DNA from: Epiperipatus broadwayi
Taxonomy: Eukaryota > Animalia > Onychophora
DNA: 64,000 bases
Direction of reading: 5' to 3'
Assembly (NCBI GenBank): GCA_028023455.1
Contig: JAQFVV010000010.1
Location: 2,542,001-2,606,000, forward strand
The notes below the pieces were generated by a model. That model did no database searches, was not told where the DNA came from, and saw only the letters and a list, made by a program, of their open reading frames with translations. Numbering within the stretch: the first letter of the stretch is position 1; every line of letters starts with the position of its first letter. Position numbers and translations under genes: made by a program. Below, in pieces: positions 38,705-54,576 of the stretch.

Positions 38705-41700
38705 ATGATATGAGTAGAAAAGGGATTTTATGGCTGTCACTAATAGGCTTGCTCTTAATCTTCTATTAAGATAAATCTAAGGAATATTATTATTTTAACT
38801 GATGATCAATAAAGTCAAATGATCTTCCAACTTATCAAGAGGAAGTGAAATTGGCTAAAGTGATCGTATTCCAAATAAATAAATAAATGGTTTTATTATT
38901 TTCATTAAATAAAATAAACTTTTTCTTTGATGTTCTCTTAACATCAGAAATGCAATTTAAATAAAGTGACATTTATATATTTCTTTAATATGTGCACAAA
39001 TAAACAAATACAACTTTGTTGTAAATATTAAGAGATTCTGAAAGATACAGATAATGATAAATGCAAATAGGCATGAATTAATAATAAAAATAATATTTAT
39101 TAACATTAAGAACATTCAATAGACACATATCAAGCTGTTTTATCATTTATGTCTTACAAAATTGTTAAAATAATTTCACAAAACAAAATAATCAAAAAAT
39201 AAAGGAAAATTATATATTACAATTTTAAAATAAAAGCAATGATATCCAATGGTTAACAAAATTCTTCTATGGCTTTGATAATTTCAGTAAGTTCTTACAT
39301 TTAATATACCATCTTACAATTATATAGTCCCTAGGTGAAAATATTCTATATCTTAAGTAAGTATAAACTTATCAATTCTTGATTGGCAATGAATGCTCAA
39401 GATTTATAACATGTTATGTATCCATATATACAATTTTAAATTTAATATTAAATATGTTATTGGATTTAGAACATCTTAAGGCACTAGCTAGGCACATCTA
39501 TAAGAGCTACACATTAAAAACATTAAGATAAACCAAGAATGTGACTGAAAGTAAGGATGGCATTCCTCAGTACTTTTAAAATATCAGATGGCAGGATAGT
39601 GACTGTAGTACACTATCCATAGCTTAAATAAATATACCACTAATAAATTCACACTAAGGGATGAGAAAGCAAAGGCAAAAATAGATGATCGTATGAATTT
39701 AAGAGAGCACCTCCACATGGGAACAATAATGAGCTGGGAATTCATCACTAGTCAGGAAAAATGAAAATGAACCATCAAAAGAAAAGGGGTTTGCCTGAAA
39801 TAAAGCATTACATACTTAATATCACAAAAATGAATAATAAAATTCACTGACAAAAATATAATAAACCATAACAGAGACTGCACTACTATCTTTTAAAACA
39901 ACAATAACTAAGTGATGTGTAAAACTGATAAAATAATAAATGCAACAAAATATAGCTAAATATAAAATTGTGATATATATATCAGCTTCTGATGTCTTTC
40001 AGTATTTACACATATTCAAAATAACTTCAAAAAGAACATGTATACTGCCTTTAAAATATTATTATTCTAGCAATACTCTGAGAACTTATTATGAAATATC
40101 TGTTAAATAATACATAAAATTATACAAAAATGCATAGAAATAAATAAATAGCATTTAAATTAAATAAATATTAATACTAATATTTATCCCTAGTTGTATT
40201 TATATATTGTACTATTTCCATTATTTTATCACAAACCTTCAGGGAAACACTAATATTTATACCTATTACCAATAAAATAAAAAAAGTTTATCTTGATATT
40301 CATACCATTGTACTAGATACAGTCAATAAAATAATTCTTGACCATCCTGCAGACTTTCCAGGATATTGAAATGATATTAATTAAATGAATACATTGCAGA
40401 TATTAATTAAATAAACACATAGCAATTCACAAAATATGAGGAAGCAAATACTTAACTAAGACAAATAAATATAACCATTCTGACTTGATGATTGTAAATT
40501 TAGAAAGCAGAATAACAAACATGATAAACATTATATTTCACATAGCATATTATATAAATAAACTTAGCATATATTTTAAAAGCACATTTTATAATTTACC
40601 GATGATTATAATGAAGAACAAATATTCTGGAAAACTGGAGCAATTTTAAATTAATATTTTTGGAGATTAGGTTGAGCATAGTAATAAGTAATGAACTTCT
40701 TGGAAAATGAACATATTTTGTAACTTGGAGTCAACATGTTGAAGAATATATTTTATTCTTTGAAATTAATGTAAAAACAATAAAATCATTTGTATAATGT
40801 TATCATTTATAATTCCCTTTGGTAAGAGAAATTAACTTCTTGCAAATTTTAGCAATTAATAAATAAATTTTAATTTGTTAAATAAAGCATTTGAAATAAT
40901 TAGACATACTAACTAAGTATAAGTTCTTCATTAGTTGTACACTCTTAAAACTGCTTAAAATCAAAATTGAGTTTTATTTTCCATTCAAATATAGTTTTAT
41001 TTTAACGAGCAGTTATTCTATTATGGCGTTCAGCCATATAAGTTTCATAAGTAAAATAAATGCACAACAAAATCTTTCACTTATTCAATTATTTCATAGC
41101 TATAAATATACTAGTTTTAAGATGTAGCATTTATAAAATTCTTTTATCATTCAAAAGCTCCTGCAATTCTTGTTAAATTGTTCTCATTTCATATAAAAAT
41201 GGAATTATACCAAAAGAGCACACGTTGCTTTAAATATAATAGTTGCATAAAGTTCTTTAAAAAGCAGATTAAAATATTTTTAATATTAGTAGCAAATATC
41301 TCGAAAGTTTTTGCATATATCCTAGAAATTATCTTTTCTAAAACCAAGTTTAGATAGAATAAATAATGGGACATTAACCAAGTTTTTACAAAGCAGGGAA
41401 TAATATCTTTGGTTAAACTATTATTACAATAGTTTTAAAGAAAACAATTCCATTCCTGAAACATTCACAGTAGAATTTTCCTTAATGCAATTCTTGTTGA
41501 AGCTTAAAACACTGAAAAGTTTTCAGTTGTAGAATTGCCTGGATAAATATTACTTTTTAATAATGCATATTATTAACTTATCAAAATAAAATCAGTTAAA
41601 AAGAAATTACAACTGTAAATGAAAATCGATGAGTGATGAGGATAGGTGTGTATTAGATAAGTTTGCATGTCTCATCACATCTGACTTATATAAGGCAAGT

Positions 41701-41975
41701 CATATGATTGAATTCGATGTGATTGACAATCTAAGTCTATTCCCAACTGACCCAATTAACAAAAGATTAAAATTTTTCTGATATCTTGCAAAGTTCTAAA
41801 AATAACTGTAATTAGCATAATTTCATCTAGATTTTTAACCAAAACAAATAATTAATTAAAATTTGTCATCTTTTAATAATTTTCTTTAAACAAGTTATTT
41901 AATACTGAAATCTATTACAGTAATAAAAAAATAAGACATTGATTGAATACATTAAAGATTTACATTATTTCAATG

Positions 41976-41989
41976 ACAACAACAACAAC

Positions 41990-42064
<75 letters not shown>
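41976..42064. repeat. (AAC)n(AAT)n microsatellite
   Basis: Direct reading of the sequence. Confidence 0.98.
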
Positions 42065-42066
<2 letters not shown>

Positions 42067-43449
42067 AAACACTTTTGTAAGATCTCAATATATTTTTATA
42101 TCTTTTTAAAAATAGATACATTTTAAAAACATTAAATTTAAAATGTTAAATTTCATCATGAAGTATTTAAATAATTATTAACATTCACATTTGCAAGCAT
42201 TCACACATCCTACTATTAAATTCCTTATTTAAGAATGCTAACTTGAATATATGAGTTAATTGCTAGATTTAAAATGACAGTTTTTTAATCAACAAAACTT
42301 TTAAGATTCTCTAATTAAAACTAGATTACAATACTATTAAAATATCCAAGACCTACTTTAAAGTTTAATTAAATTCATTTTAAAGTTTTTCTAATACATT
42401 TTAATCTAATATATGACAATTAAACTAAGAATATTTTAGCTTTGCTACTCTAAAAATTAAACTCATCAATACTTTAAATCATAATAACTCTATGACTAAA
42501 TATTTAAAATTATAAAAAAAGTTACTTATTAAGTTTAAACATTATGAATTTATACTTATAAAACTATCTTTAAGTTCTTACCATCTTATAATATTTATGC
42601 TGAAATGATTAATCAGTTACATGAACATGTAATTATTATTTAACAATAACTTTTACTACAGAAAATTAAACTGTTAAATTTTTTTTAAAATAATATATCA
42701 TCACAAAACTTGGCATTTAGCTTTATTGCAAAGTTGAAGATCACAATATATATATATATATAATTGACCATTATTAATTATCAAACAAAAGTCATTCCTA
42801 TGTTAATATCTAGTAAAAGATAATATCTTCCAATACAAACTTGCAGACATATTTAATTCACCTTTCTATCTCAATGAGGGATATAGTCAAAGAAACTTTA
42901 GTTACTATAATCCAATTAAGCACTTCTATTTACAATTAAGATTGTCATATCTTATTAAACAACCAAAAATATATATATTCAATTCTTTTTAATCTTAAAA
43001 GCATATTTTATTCTTCTATTATTTATAATTACATTTTATTGTTTTATCAATTATATAATTCTCATCAATTATTCTAAGTAATTAATTATTAATATTGCAA
43101 TGGTCAGGTTCAAGCCCTTCTCATTGCACCTTTCAGTTTAACTAACAAACTTATTTGTGCTGGGTTCAAACCCTATTAAAATAATCATTTTATTAAAATA
43201 AACATCTAAACCATACTATCATGGCTGGGTGCGCAGCATTATATATACACATATGAATAAGTGCTGTACATATGTAGGTTAATAAATATTACAGCGAATA
43301 TAATAATTTAAATTTTATTTTTTTAAGAAATGATTTATGTTTAATTTTAAATGGCAATATCAATTTATTAAGCTTATTAAATACAAATTTGTATGTGAAT
43401 ATATGATTCACCTTATATAATAATATATATAGAGTGGCATGATTTAGTT

Positions 43450-45760
43450 TTGTAAAAGAGCAAAAAGCTTTTAGTTTTTAATTAGTTAAAAATAGAAATT
43501 AGCCGTAAACAAATTTGCATTAAGTCCACCCCACCTGTGGCCAAAGTTTGAAAATTGATAATTGCTTTACCCAAAGTTGTCTGCTAAATTGTATTAATTA
43601 AAATCGCTGAAGTAGCACTATTTCACACCTGGAGGAGGATCTAGAGCGCCATGGAAACCTAAACAAAAGCATTTTGGTCAATTTGGTAAATCATAATTTA
43701 AAGTAATATTTTTAGTGTTAATGGGTTTCCAGGCAAAATAAATTTTTTTCTAGTTAAGTGCTGATAGGAAAAATATAAATAGGGTATATTTGAAGCGTGA
43801 GTTATGGAGTCATTAATTTTGGAAGACCATCGCCATGCCTAATCCACGTCAGATTGATCTTTGAAAGATTGACTGGAGAAAGGCCACTGCTACTTCTAAA
43901 ATCAATGGAAGAATGATGTGCCATTGTCAGCCTATGCTTAAACCACCGGAGCTGCCACAAGAAACTGTCCTGTAGCAATTGCTCAAGAAGATGATGATAT
44001 CTGAAAGCCAATACCTGCTTATCTAGCCAGCATTTAATCGGTATTCCAAACTCCAAACGCAGAGCTCTGTGTAACAAATTATTTCTCAATCAAAAATTTT
44101 CCACTTACTTACGTTTAAAACTAGCAAACTATAATCTAATGTAATCTCTAAATCCTATAAATGTTTTCACTATAAATTCCTGTTAAATGAAATAATGTAT
44201 TTTTTGTATAACTTGCTTACCTCTTTATAATATCTTAAGTAAATTAAATGTAACCTGCTCTAAATTCTTTTTCTATCACTACGGTTGTGCCTATAATATT
44301 TCTTTATTGTTATTTTGGTATTTACATGCCAATGCTTCGAAGCAGTGAGCCTTTAACATAATAAATATTCGGAGATATAATTACAAATTTCTCCCCATAA
44401 CTATTTTCTTAATGACATTCTCGATGCTTGCTGGTTCGAATTCCTATATTTATTTGATTTTAACTGTATTGTGGCTTACTATTAAATTTACGTCATATTG
44501 AGATTTATGAATAGAGTAATGTATTAGTCTTAGTAATATGAAAGTATATTTAGTAATTATTTGGCCAGTCGATCAAATATACCCCCCCCCCTTGTAATAA
44601 TTTGTATGTATCGATTGAAACCTATAAACCAGAGTTTTATTATATATTTTTTTTATCCCTCTAATGTTGCTTGATTATGTAGCATTAGAATTGGCTCATA
44701 TTAGTAATACTGACTCAGCTATTGCCCCATATTTTTGTAATAATTAATGTCATACTTTCGCTTGGCGGATTAGATGTATTAAATTCATGTTCAATGTTTA
44801 ATGTTTTGCTGCATTTTCTCCTTAAGATGGGACCTTGGGAAAGACCACCCCATCTTGCCTTCTTTTGGGGCATACACTAGTTAAACCGAACAAATAATTC
44901 CTGGCAGTCTAGTTAGACACCCCAACCTTTTAGCAGCATGATGCTCGGTTCTAGAGTACTGGTGTTTGTCACGAAAACCGACTTCAATCTATCTGCAGGA
45001 CGCTCTTATTGTAATTTGCTGGTGCTGTAGCATGTTGGTGATCTTGTATAGCCAATTCCGAGTCCTATAATTTAATTATTCAGTATTATACTGAAATTTA
45101 CATCTTTGGTTTCTGGGTTCAATCTCAAACCTGAGCTGATTTATATGCTCATAATTTACTCCTTTAGTAATGTTATCATAGCTGTTTTGCCTAAGACTTG
45201 TACAGCATTTTATAATAGTAGATACCACTGTCAATAGGACTTGGCATAGCCTAATGTAGGCACAGCTTAGTGATTCTTTAAATGTGTCAATTCATATTAA
45301 CAATTAAAAGATTTAAAGAGGAGAAATGTCAAATCCTCATATTACAAAGCCTGAGTGCTTTCCCACATTAATTGATGTTCTATTATTTAATAAATATATG
45401 TTAAATGTATTCTGGTTTCGTGTAATTTCTCATTCCTATCTCAATCCAATTCAGTCTTAGTCAATTATATATTTGACTGAACTATTTATGCATTAATTAC
45501 ATTTATAAATGTTATCTTTGATTTCATGCTGGTAGCAAGTAAATTAGTTAATATAATTTTAAGTCCTGAGTCTCATGATTCTCCCTGCCCTATGCCGGCC
45601 ATGAAAGATGGATGTACTATGTGTAACTTTAAGTGTGGTCGTTCATAGGGTCTTGAGTTTTGGAGTACTGCAAATGAGTTGAAGTGTGGTCTGATTCGGG
45701 ACATCACAATCCTGATCTGGTTGACTTTGGTCTTTTTGTTTGGATTCTAGATTCTGTTAC
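43450..45760 (-). mobile_element. Second decayed L1/Tx1-like LINE
   Basis: VYAP (44866-44877), then KIFD...LLHRALRLEFGIPIKCW (post-KAFD RT region, ORF 43802..44089), SSGLSPVN and WGGL in L1 ORF2 order; very eroded. Confidence 0.45.
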
Positions 45761-46329
45761 GCGAATGTACAAAACTTGACCATTATAATATATATGGACT
45801 ATAAATTTTTTTTTTTTAAATACATAAATAAAAATGAAAAAAAAAATGTTCAAAATTGTATTATTCATTATTACTCTCCTTAATGCAATATATTCAATAT
45901 TTGTGAATGTCAGGTTAAATAATGGTTTATAAGTGTTCACAGTAATATATATGTTACACCAAACAATACAATAAAATGTTACCAAAAGAAGTTTTATTAT
46001 TATTAAATAATATAATAATTTGTTGTTGTATATATATAATTTTGATTTATTTATATATTAAAAGCAGTATAATGGATTTACAATAATACTTTTACTGTTA
46101 AATTACAATAATACTTTTTAAATACAGAAGTAATCATCTTTGACTTTTTCACACTTTAGTTGAACTATTAAAAAAAAAAAAGAAGGTTAATCTTATTACT
46201 AATCTTATTACTATTTCGTCCCCCAATTTCATTTTTTTATTATTTAATATTAATCTGTATTATCTTTCAATGTTAAGATTAGATGTTAATGTTGTGTTAA
46301 AATAAAAAATAAATCATAGTATCAAACTA

Positions 46330-47460
46330 AAGAAGGCTGCACTATATTGCAATCATATGGACAATGTGTCCCACTGAAAAGGTGATTAGTTCTCTTTCCA
46401 AATGGATTTCTGAATCAGAAAATATTAGCAACATACTTTAGCTATTCACAAAAATATTTAAAGGCAATAGTGTGTCTTGACCCTAGTGGTACATGACACT
46501 GTTTTAACCTCTGTAGCACCCACACTGCAACAAAGGGCTAATGTCTAATTTTATTTCAAATTGAGCAAAACATTTATAGCATAAATAATTATAACTATGT
46601 ATGACAGTGAAACCATGATTCACAAGAACATTGTCAAGTAGTATGCAATATTTTGTGATGGCAGAGTGAACATTGAAGGTGATCCATAGCACATAACAAA
46701 AAGTTGGAAGGAAAGAAAATATACAAAAAGTTGCCAAAATTCTTCAAATTGATCTCTATGTATCAGGAATTCACTGGCATGAAAAATTTGAAAAAGTGGA
46801 AAGTGTGTGCATGCTTTGTGCCACACTGATCAGAAAAACATAAAAGTGGACCACATAAAGACTTGTGAATAATTATGGATTTGGAATTTTTGTCAAATAT
46901 CATATTAAGAGATGAGATATAGTGTTTCCAATATGAGCTATTAATCAAACACCAGAGTACAGAATGAAGAATGTTAGAAATGAAAGAAATATAAAAAAGG
47001 CATTATTCTCCACAAATATATTTCTGAAAATCAGACAATAAATGCTAATTACTATTTGAGTATTTTGAATCATTTGTGAGTCAAAATTTTGCACAAGTGA
47101 CCTGAATACACCAAAGAAGGCTCTTACTCATTGTTGAATAATAATATGCAATCCCACAGTGCCAAAATTTTGCATGATTTTTTAGACAAGACAAAAAAAA
47201 GAAAAAGCAGTGCTGTATTTGAGCAACTGCTCTATTTTGATATAATTACTGACGACTTTTAGCTATTTCTGAAATTAAAGTTGCCCAGGAAAGGAATATA
47301 TCATGGTTCAATGCAGGATATCAAGAAGCTTGTGATAAAGTTTCTGCACAAAATTCCAGCCAAGGATTTAAGAATTGTTTCAAATATTTTTACAATTGTT
47401 TCCAGCAATATATTGAATCATAAGAAAACTATCTTAAATAATCAATAATAATGATATATT
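46330..47460 (+). mobile_element. Decayed mariner transposon
   Basis: KVCACFVPH, FLSNIILRDEI*CFQYE...KHQSTE* correspond to the mariner KVCARFVPH / ITGDETW...Y....K.QS.EW motifs. TIRs unclear. Confidence 0.75.
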
Positions 47461-48414
47461 ATAAATAATGACTTGAAATTTATTTTACATCAGTGATCTC
47501 TAGCTAATATTAGTTAGATATCCATTAACTGATCAGTAAAGATGGCTAATTGGGTTGAATGTAGGCTGGTTAATACAAATTGGAGTTCATTTATGATCTG
47601 AAAAAAAAAAAAAACATTCCAAGATTCTATGGATGAGATATGAATTTTGATCATGTACCAATTTGTTTGCACTACACATTGAGACCTGATTTTAAATAGA
47701 AAATGTTATAATTTCTAAAACTGAATAAATATTAATTCTATTTTTAAAATAAAGTTATGGAAAAATACTATAGTCAATCTTCTAAAACACATGAGAGGTA
47801 GAGGGGAGGGGGAATAAAAAAATCATGTGTTTAATTGTCTGGTTTGCTCATCTATTTACATTTTATAATCAGTGTTTATTTATTCATGAAAAATTGGGCT
47901 TTCATCCTTCAGAAGAACAGCAATTAAATAAATATCAAATTGTTTCAAATAGATGATAATTAACTTAGTTACTATATTTTAGTCAATCATCAATTTCAGA
48001 TGAAAAAAATCATCTGTCCTGATCATATTAAACATTTCCATATTTGTTTAAAATTCATTAGTTAAATTAAAAAGTATCCCATTGGTCATACAACTAAAAA
48101 GCATTTTCTATAATTATCTGACATTCTGTTAGTTATCATGACACAGCTTCAAGTATATGTTATTCATTTTGTTTTAAATATATTATATTCATCAGGTAAA
48201 ACACTGAATTTGGGAAAAAACATAAATATAATTTAATAGTAATAATAACAAGTCAGATGTCACATGACTTATATATACCTTGCACTTACAAATATGTAAA
48301 ATTAAGAGCATGCTAATAGCTCTAAACAAGCTTTTTTATTTTTTTTATTTATGATAAATGCTACTACAAGAGAAGGCATTCAAATCATTTTTATCTTGTA
48401 TTGTCCCCATCCCC

Positions 48415-48433
48415 AGACCGGTTTCGACCTTAG
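48415..48433 (-). ncRNA. Half-hammerhead remnant of a third Penelope-type family
   Basis: Minus strand reads CTAAGGTC-GAAA-CCGG-TC-T: GAAA box, palindromic stem III ACCGGT and GUC triplet. No CUGANGA box found upstream. Confidence 0.3.
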
Positions 48434-50789
48434 TTTTTATATGAAACTTTAAGATAAAGCATTTTATTCATAGATTTATGTGTATCAATTCAAGAAATGC
48501 ATTCAAGTGTTAATCTAGTGTATATTATCATTATTGCATGCACATAAGTATGAGTTATAAATAAAATACATAATTGCAATTAATATTTGACGGTACAGAA
48601 TAAACTAAATATTAATAGAAAATGAATGTTTTTATAACTTGTCAGCCATGCATCTTATATGGTTTAGTTCATTAATAGAATAACCATCCATTAAAATGAT
48701 TTTTAGCAATAATCTATTATCTGCAATCTGATTTGATATGGATAAATCTGCTTTGACCAAATGTAAAATAAAATATTTATTAAAGTTTTCTTTTTTTGAA
48801 ATGTCAAACACTTTGTTATCTACTTATTCAGTTCAAAGTGTTCTTTTTATCATCAGTGAAGTTGAAATTTCTTAATTTTTTAGTTTAACTAGATTACCTA
48901 GCCTACAATAATTTTAAATCTTTGATAATAGTATTTAACAAGAGCGAACAATACACTAATTCACAGCCAATAATCAATTGTATGGAGATTCCATTTATTA
49001 TTATTTTGAATTTGAATTAAATAATTTGCAAATTTAGAAAACTTTGATATTATTCCATAGGCAGTATTCAGTATCTAACAGTTCATTTGGCTTTGCTTTT
49101 TTAGAGGTAAGATAAATGTTCATGGCATATGAAGTTTGATAACACAAATCTGTGGGTAAATTTTTGAAAGCTTCACAATTGTATAAGTTTATTCTCTTTC
49201 TATATTAGACTGTTCTAATTCTATTATGTTTAATATGTCCTCCAGATATAGTGTGGAAAAGATGTCTCATCAAGTGGTAGATCCCTCTGGTAATTATTTT
49301 AACCTGTCATAGTGAATAAAACAGAAAACAAAATGGTTACAATAAACTCTGAACCTGCTTTGGTTCTTTTGGCATTCAGATTAAAAGACAACTTGTCAAC
49401 TTCAACATGTGTTTTCTTATATAAACTACAGTCACATAGTATTCAATGTTGTCATCATTACACACAAAACCATGCATTTTTCACAAATTTATACAAAATC
49501 ATTTCCTATTGTCATAGCAATATCTTTAGAAATATTTTATATCGTCTGATTTTCAAGGAAAAAGAAAAAAAATCCTTTAGCCCCATTAAACTAAAACATA
49601 TTAAATATAAATAGATATCAGATATTACACTAAATGGAATATACAAGCATATTATTTGTTACATTTATATATTTTAAATATATGCCCAACTCAACATAAA
49701 ATGTTAAACATACCTTTATGTGTTTTGTATAATTACAGATCAAACATGAATGGCAAAGTTAAATGTGAAATTGATGATTTGCCTAATATAATATAATTTT
49801 TTAAGTTAATAGTTTAGAGATTGCCTTTAAGAAAAGAACTAATTTTTCTTCCTCTTTTTTTTTAAATATGGAAGAGAACTACAAATATACTCATATCACA
49901 CCTGCAATTAGATTTCCCAACACCCATCATCAAATAGTTTACCAAGACACTCCACCTTTAAACATTATACTTTATGAATACCTACCATGCTTATGATAAA
50001 AATAGACCTATTAAACTTAAACAAAGAGAAAAACAATTATATAGCTATATTTTTCCTTATACATTTCTATGGGAAAAACATAAGGTTACAATATATATGT
50101 ATTTCTTATCTTTTAAGTATCAGTATTTCAAAAAAACATTTTAAATATAAAATAATTTTTATAATTAAATGTTTTAAGTTAACAAAATTGTTTTTAAAAT
50201 TGTAAAAAAAGCTTAAGAAATAAAAAAAAAAACATCTTTTTGTTCTCTTAATAGAATGTTAACAATGCCTACCAAAATTTGAAAATTGGCATTTATGTTT
50301 TACAAGTTTTTATTTTTTAATTACATCTTATATCTTAGAACAAAAACAGAAAAGAAATATATAAGTATCATTAGTGTTATATCATAGCCATTAAATGCAA
50401 AATTTTGATAAAACCTTGACTTAAGAGAACTCAATCCTGTAATATATTTTCATAGGACTAACTACAAAAATCACACTGCCACAATACATTATTAATGCTA
50501 TATAATTCCCAAAAGTTAAAAAAAAAAAGACACATTTGTTATAATTTGTTTTTGTTTTGTTGCTATAATTTAATAATAAAAAAAAGTAAATTTTTTAAAA
50601 ATTTCAATTTTAGTTGCTATTTATCCATAATTTATTATTAAAATAATGTATTCAAATATGTTGTTCATTACATTTAATTATATGAAAAGCAAAGAAATAC
50701 TTGAAGCTTACTTTATTTGCCAATGTTTTAAAATATATTTTTTCACATTCTCTTTTTATTTTGGAAGGTATATGCATATTGAGACTTAT

Positions 50790-51230
50790 GTGTTTCTGTT
50801 GTATTCGTTGTGAGAAATAAACAGCGAGTTTACTAGAGACAATTTACTCCAGAAGTTTTCGATTTATTTTAGTTGAAAGTAAAAATAATTATAATGGAAA
50901 ATAATTATAATTAAAAGCAAGTTGTGGGATTATTTTTATCAGAGATAAAAATAACTAATTAAAGTAAGAACAATAAAACGGATTTGGAAAACACGCGATT
51001 AAGTTTTTGGAATGTAGCAGATAAGACTAAACAAAAGAACTCAAGGGGATATATAAACTGCTAGAGGAAAACATCGCGCACTTGTTACAGTCTTGTTAAC
51101 AGAAGTGGATACGTAAAGCTATTAAGAGCTATTTGCGGCACAACGGTTTTAAAAGTTGTTCAGCCGAGTTTTGATCAGATTGTAAGTGTTTTTCTACCCC
51201 TCTGGAAAAGCTTAGGGGCGAAGACATTAC
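50790..51230 (+). promoter_or_regulatory. CpG-retaining segment; candidate promoter and non-coding first exon
   Basis: About a dozen CpGs in ~440 bp against a CpG-poor background. TATATAAA at ~51052, Inr-like TTACAGTC ~35 bp downstream, and a splice-donor-like GATT|GTAAGT at 51182. Confidence 0.35.
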
Positions 51231-54200
51231 AGTTTCATGTTGAAAGGAAAAGTAGAAATAAGTACAGACAAAAAAAAATTTATAGATGTTTTCTATATTA
51301 TACTGTAATAACAGTTAAGGATTAAATAATTTTGAATTTAAATTTTTTATACTATAAATTAAACATTAAAAAGGGTCTAATTAATATTTTATTAATTCTG
51401 ATTTTGAAATTAAAATGTTTTTATATTACAATAGATATACTGGTAATTATAAAATTCCACTATCTATTTTGATTAGCAATTTTTTTTGTAATTAATGCTT
51501 GTATAACACATTTTGCTAAAATTCCACAAAGTTGTTTTTCAAAGGATTAAAGAGTCATTAACTTTTTTCAATTAAGATAGGGAAAATACTATATTTTTTC
51601 TATCCTTACTATGAAAAAGTTGGAAAAAAGATTAGTTATAACTTCTTAAAACTTCATGATAAAGGCAAAAGAGTGTGAGTCCAGTGGCTGTTACTAGTTC
51701 ACTACAGTAGAGTTTGGATTCACATGGAAGTAAAGGGTCTGCTTTCTGTGTTCTCTATAGCTTATATATATATGGCTATTAGCATAGATATGTATTAGCA
51801 TAGAGATGGAAGAGAACTCACTGCAGGCCAGAAGTTACCTGGATTGTATCTTTCCCAATGATGACAAGAAGCCAGTCTACTGATTAGAAAGGACCAGCTT
51901 GCCCAGAAAGTCCATCAGCTTGCTGAATAATGATTATATACATGCTGTTTTATCTATATGCAGAGAACCACAATTAAACATGCTGCATCATATTTATATA
52001 AAGTGTTGCTGGTGAGTTACTTTAAATAATTTCTTTAGTGAAAATGGCATTTAAAATCTATAATTTAAAAATAAAGAAGTAAATAATTTTTGAACCATCA
52101 AACATCACATGATCACTATTCTTTATGTGTACATGAGCTGGTTTGCCTCTAAATTGTTGCATGACTAAAAAGTTTAAAAAAGACCAAAGGATTGATTCAT
52201 GGACAATTCCAAAAATCTTTCTAGTTTGGATAAAAATAACTCACTGGAGTATTTTTTAAGAGACATTTATAATTAATCAAGTCAAAGGTATGATTTTTTT
52301 TTTTTAAAAAAAGAAACTTACGAAGGACCATCAAAGAATGAATATTACTTTTTTTTTAAAAAAAAAAGAGAAAAAACTTTATTTACTATTAGATAATGAA
52401 TGAATTAATAACTGATTCATATTAGTTTTTATATATTCACACATATGTGTGAATTTTATGTATGCTCTCAACATGGATTTAATTGTGAAAAATACATTTT
52501 TAATAATTTTATTGTTTTGACAAATTAAAATATCCTTTGATATAAATGTCAGTGTGTACACACATCTCCATGTGTACACATATGTTAAATCAGTCATTTA
52601 TGTATCATTAAAATGTGATAACTTATTTCATTGTTATTATATGATAATTCCCATGTTATAGCATGTCTAATTGCTTATATGGATATGTTAAAATTAATCA
52701 AATTTTTTTATTATTATATGACAATTCAAATATGTTCATAAAATATTATAGTGTACATTTGTCTGCTTATATATAAAAGTGTTTTATGTAAACCTATTGA
52801 GGTATTTGTAAATCACAGTGTGATAGCTAATTGTATATTAATCAAAGCCAAAATGCCGAATTTATACTCAGAAAACCTTAATTTCATTTTAATTGTTATT
52901 AATAAATTGATTTTTCATTGTTAAAATTATTCCAGTGAATTTATTTAATCCTAAAATATTATGAATTATTATATGTTGTATTATATTTCTAGTTCATCAT
53001 AACAGTTATAGAGCTTTTAATTCCTGAGCTAGATTCATGTATATAAAGGTTTGTTACATAAAAGGGATTTATATTTAGTGTTTATGGATATTCAGTTGAT
53101 GATGATCCTTGATTAGTGCAAAAGGGATATCCTTTAAAGTTCATGTACTACATTTTATTTTGTTTAGTATTTATTAGAAATTAAGTTTATAGTTGGCCAG
53201 TATATTAATGGCACTAAATAGCCACAACATTGATAATGATTTGCATGTTTAGTATCCCAGCATTATTGTTTTTATTTTAATATATTTTGATGGAAGAGCT
53301 AAATAGTTAACCTGGTCTATAGTAGATCCATTTCAAATCCAATCAGAAAATTGCCTGTTGATTTATTTTTATTGTTGATTATTCATGATGATGAATGATT
53401 ATTACTTATCTGCCCATTGTGGCTAACACTAAATAATTACCCTGATCTATAGGTGATCCATTTTAAATCCAATCACAAGATTGATTTGATTTATTTTATT
53501 GTAGATCATTCCTGATAATGAATGATTATTATTACTTTTGGATAATGCTAGTGAACTTATAACTATACTTATAGTTACTTACTTAGTCTAAGGTCTGTGC
53601 TGATCTCTCATGCTCATTCTTTTTATATTGATTCATATTATTTGTATATTTAAATTTTGATTTGGGATTGATGATGATGAGTGCCCTCACCCCAGGTTCA
53701 CCCCAAGAGGATCCCATGCTATTACAATAGACTAAAAAATATATTTTAAAATAAATATACTAAGAAAAATTTGGTCTGAATGGACACTTACAAATGCACT
53801 AACGAATACCTAATTTCAAGAGAACATATTCAAACAGAATCATTTATTGAAAGGGTTAATGCATAGTATTTATTATTCACAAACTTTCTTAAGTAAAGGG
53901 AGTTGGTTGTCAAAGCTAATTCTCTTCATCTTATAATATTTTTATGGATTATTCATTAAGTTTATTTCTTTGCAGTCTGATGTATTTTTCTATAAATAAA
54001 AATTTAATTGGTAAACAAAATATTACTTGTTTGATATCAGTATAAAAATGGTTTATATCATTTGCTTTAGTGATAAAATCTTGATTCATTGTTATTATAT
54101 TTTGTCTGATTTTTTATTATAATTTCAGAATTAGGATCTATCAATAATATTGTTTTTTTTAGATCTATTATTTTTTCAACGTTTGTTTCATGCATAAACC

Positions 54201-54534
54201 ATTGTTAAGTCAATGTTCTGACACAATATTTGAATTAACTTACAGTACTTTTAATCCTTCAATTTTTTGTTTGAGCTAAAAGAGAAATCAAAAACATTGT
54301 TATCAAGAGACATTTGCCATGAGATAATTAAAAGCATCAGTTCATTGCAAGCAATCTGATTGTATTTTTCTGTTACAACTTAAGAGTATTTTATTATTCT
54401 TAGATCATATTGCAATCTAAAAAAAGGTAAGAATTCTGCACGTGTATTTGAAAATAGATAAGGAGATAGAGAATTGCTTTCTTAATATAAACTGAGCATT
54501 GATTGTATATATGTGTGGGAGATGGTGATCTGGA

Positions 54535-54576
54535 CCAACTGATGAGTGCTGGTTCAGCGCAAAATACTTATATTGG
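54535..54576 (+). ncRNA. Family-2 hammerhead copy within a ~190-bp repeat (54480-54670)
   Basis: CCAA-CTGATGA-GTGCTG-GTT-CAGCGC-AAAA-TACTTATA-TTGG; the flanks are homologous to 33450-33640. Confidence 0.6.
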
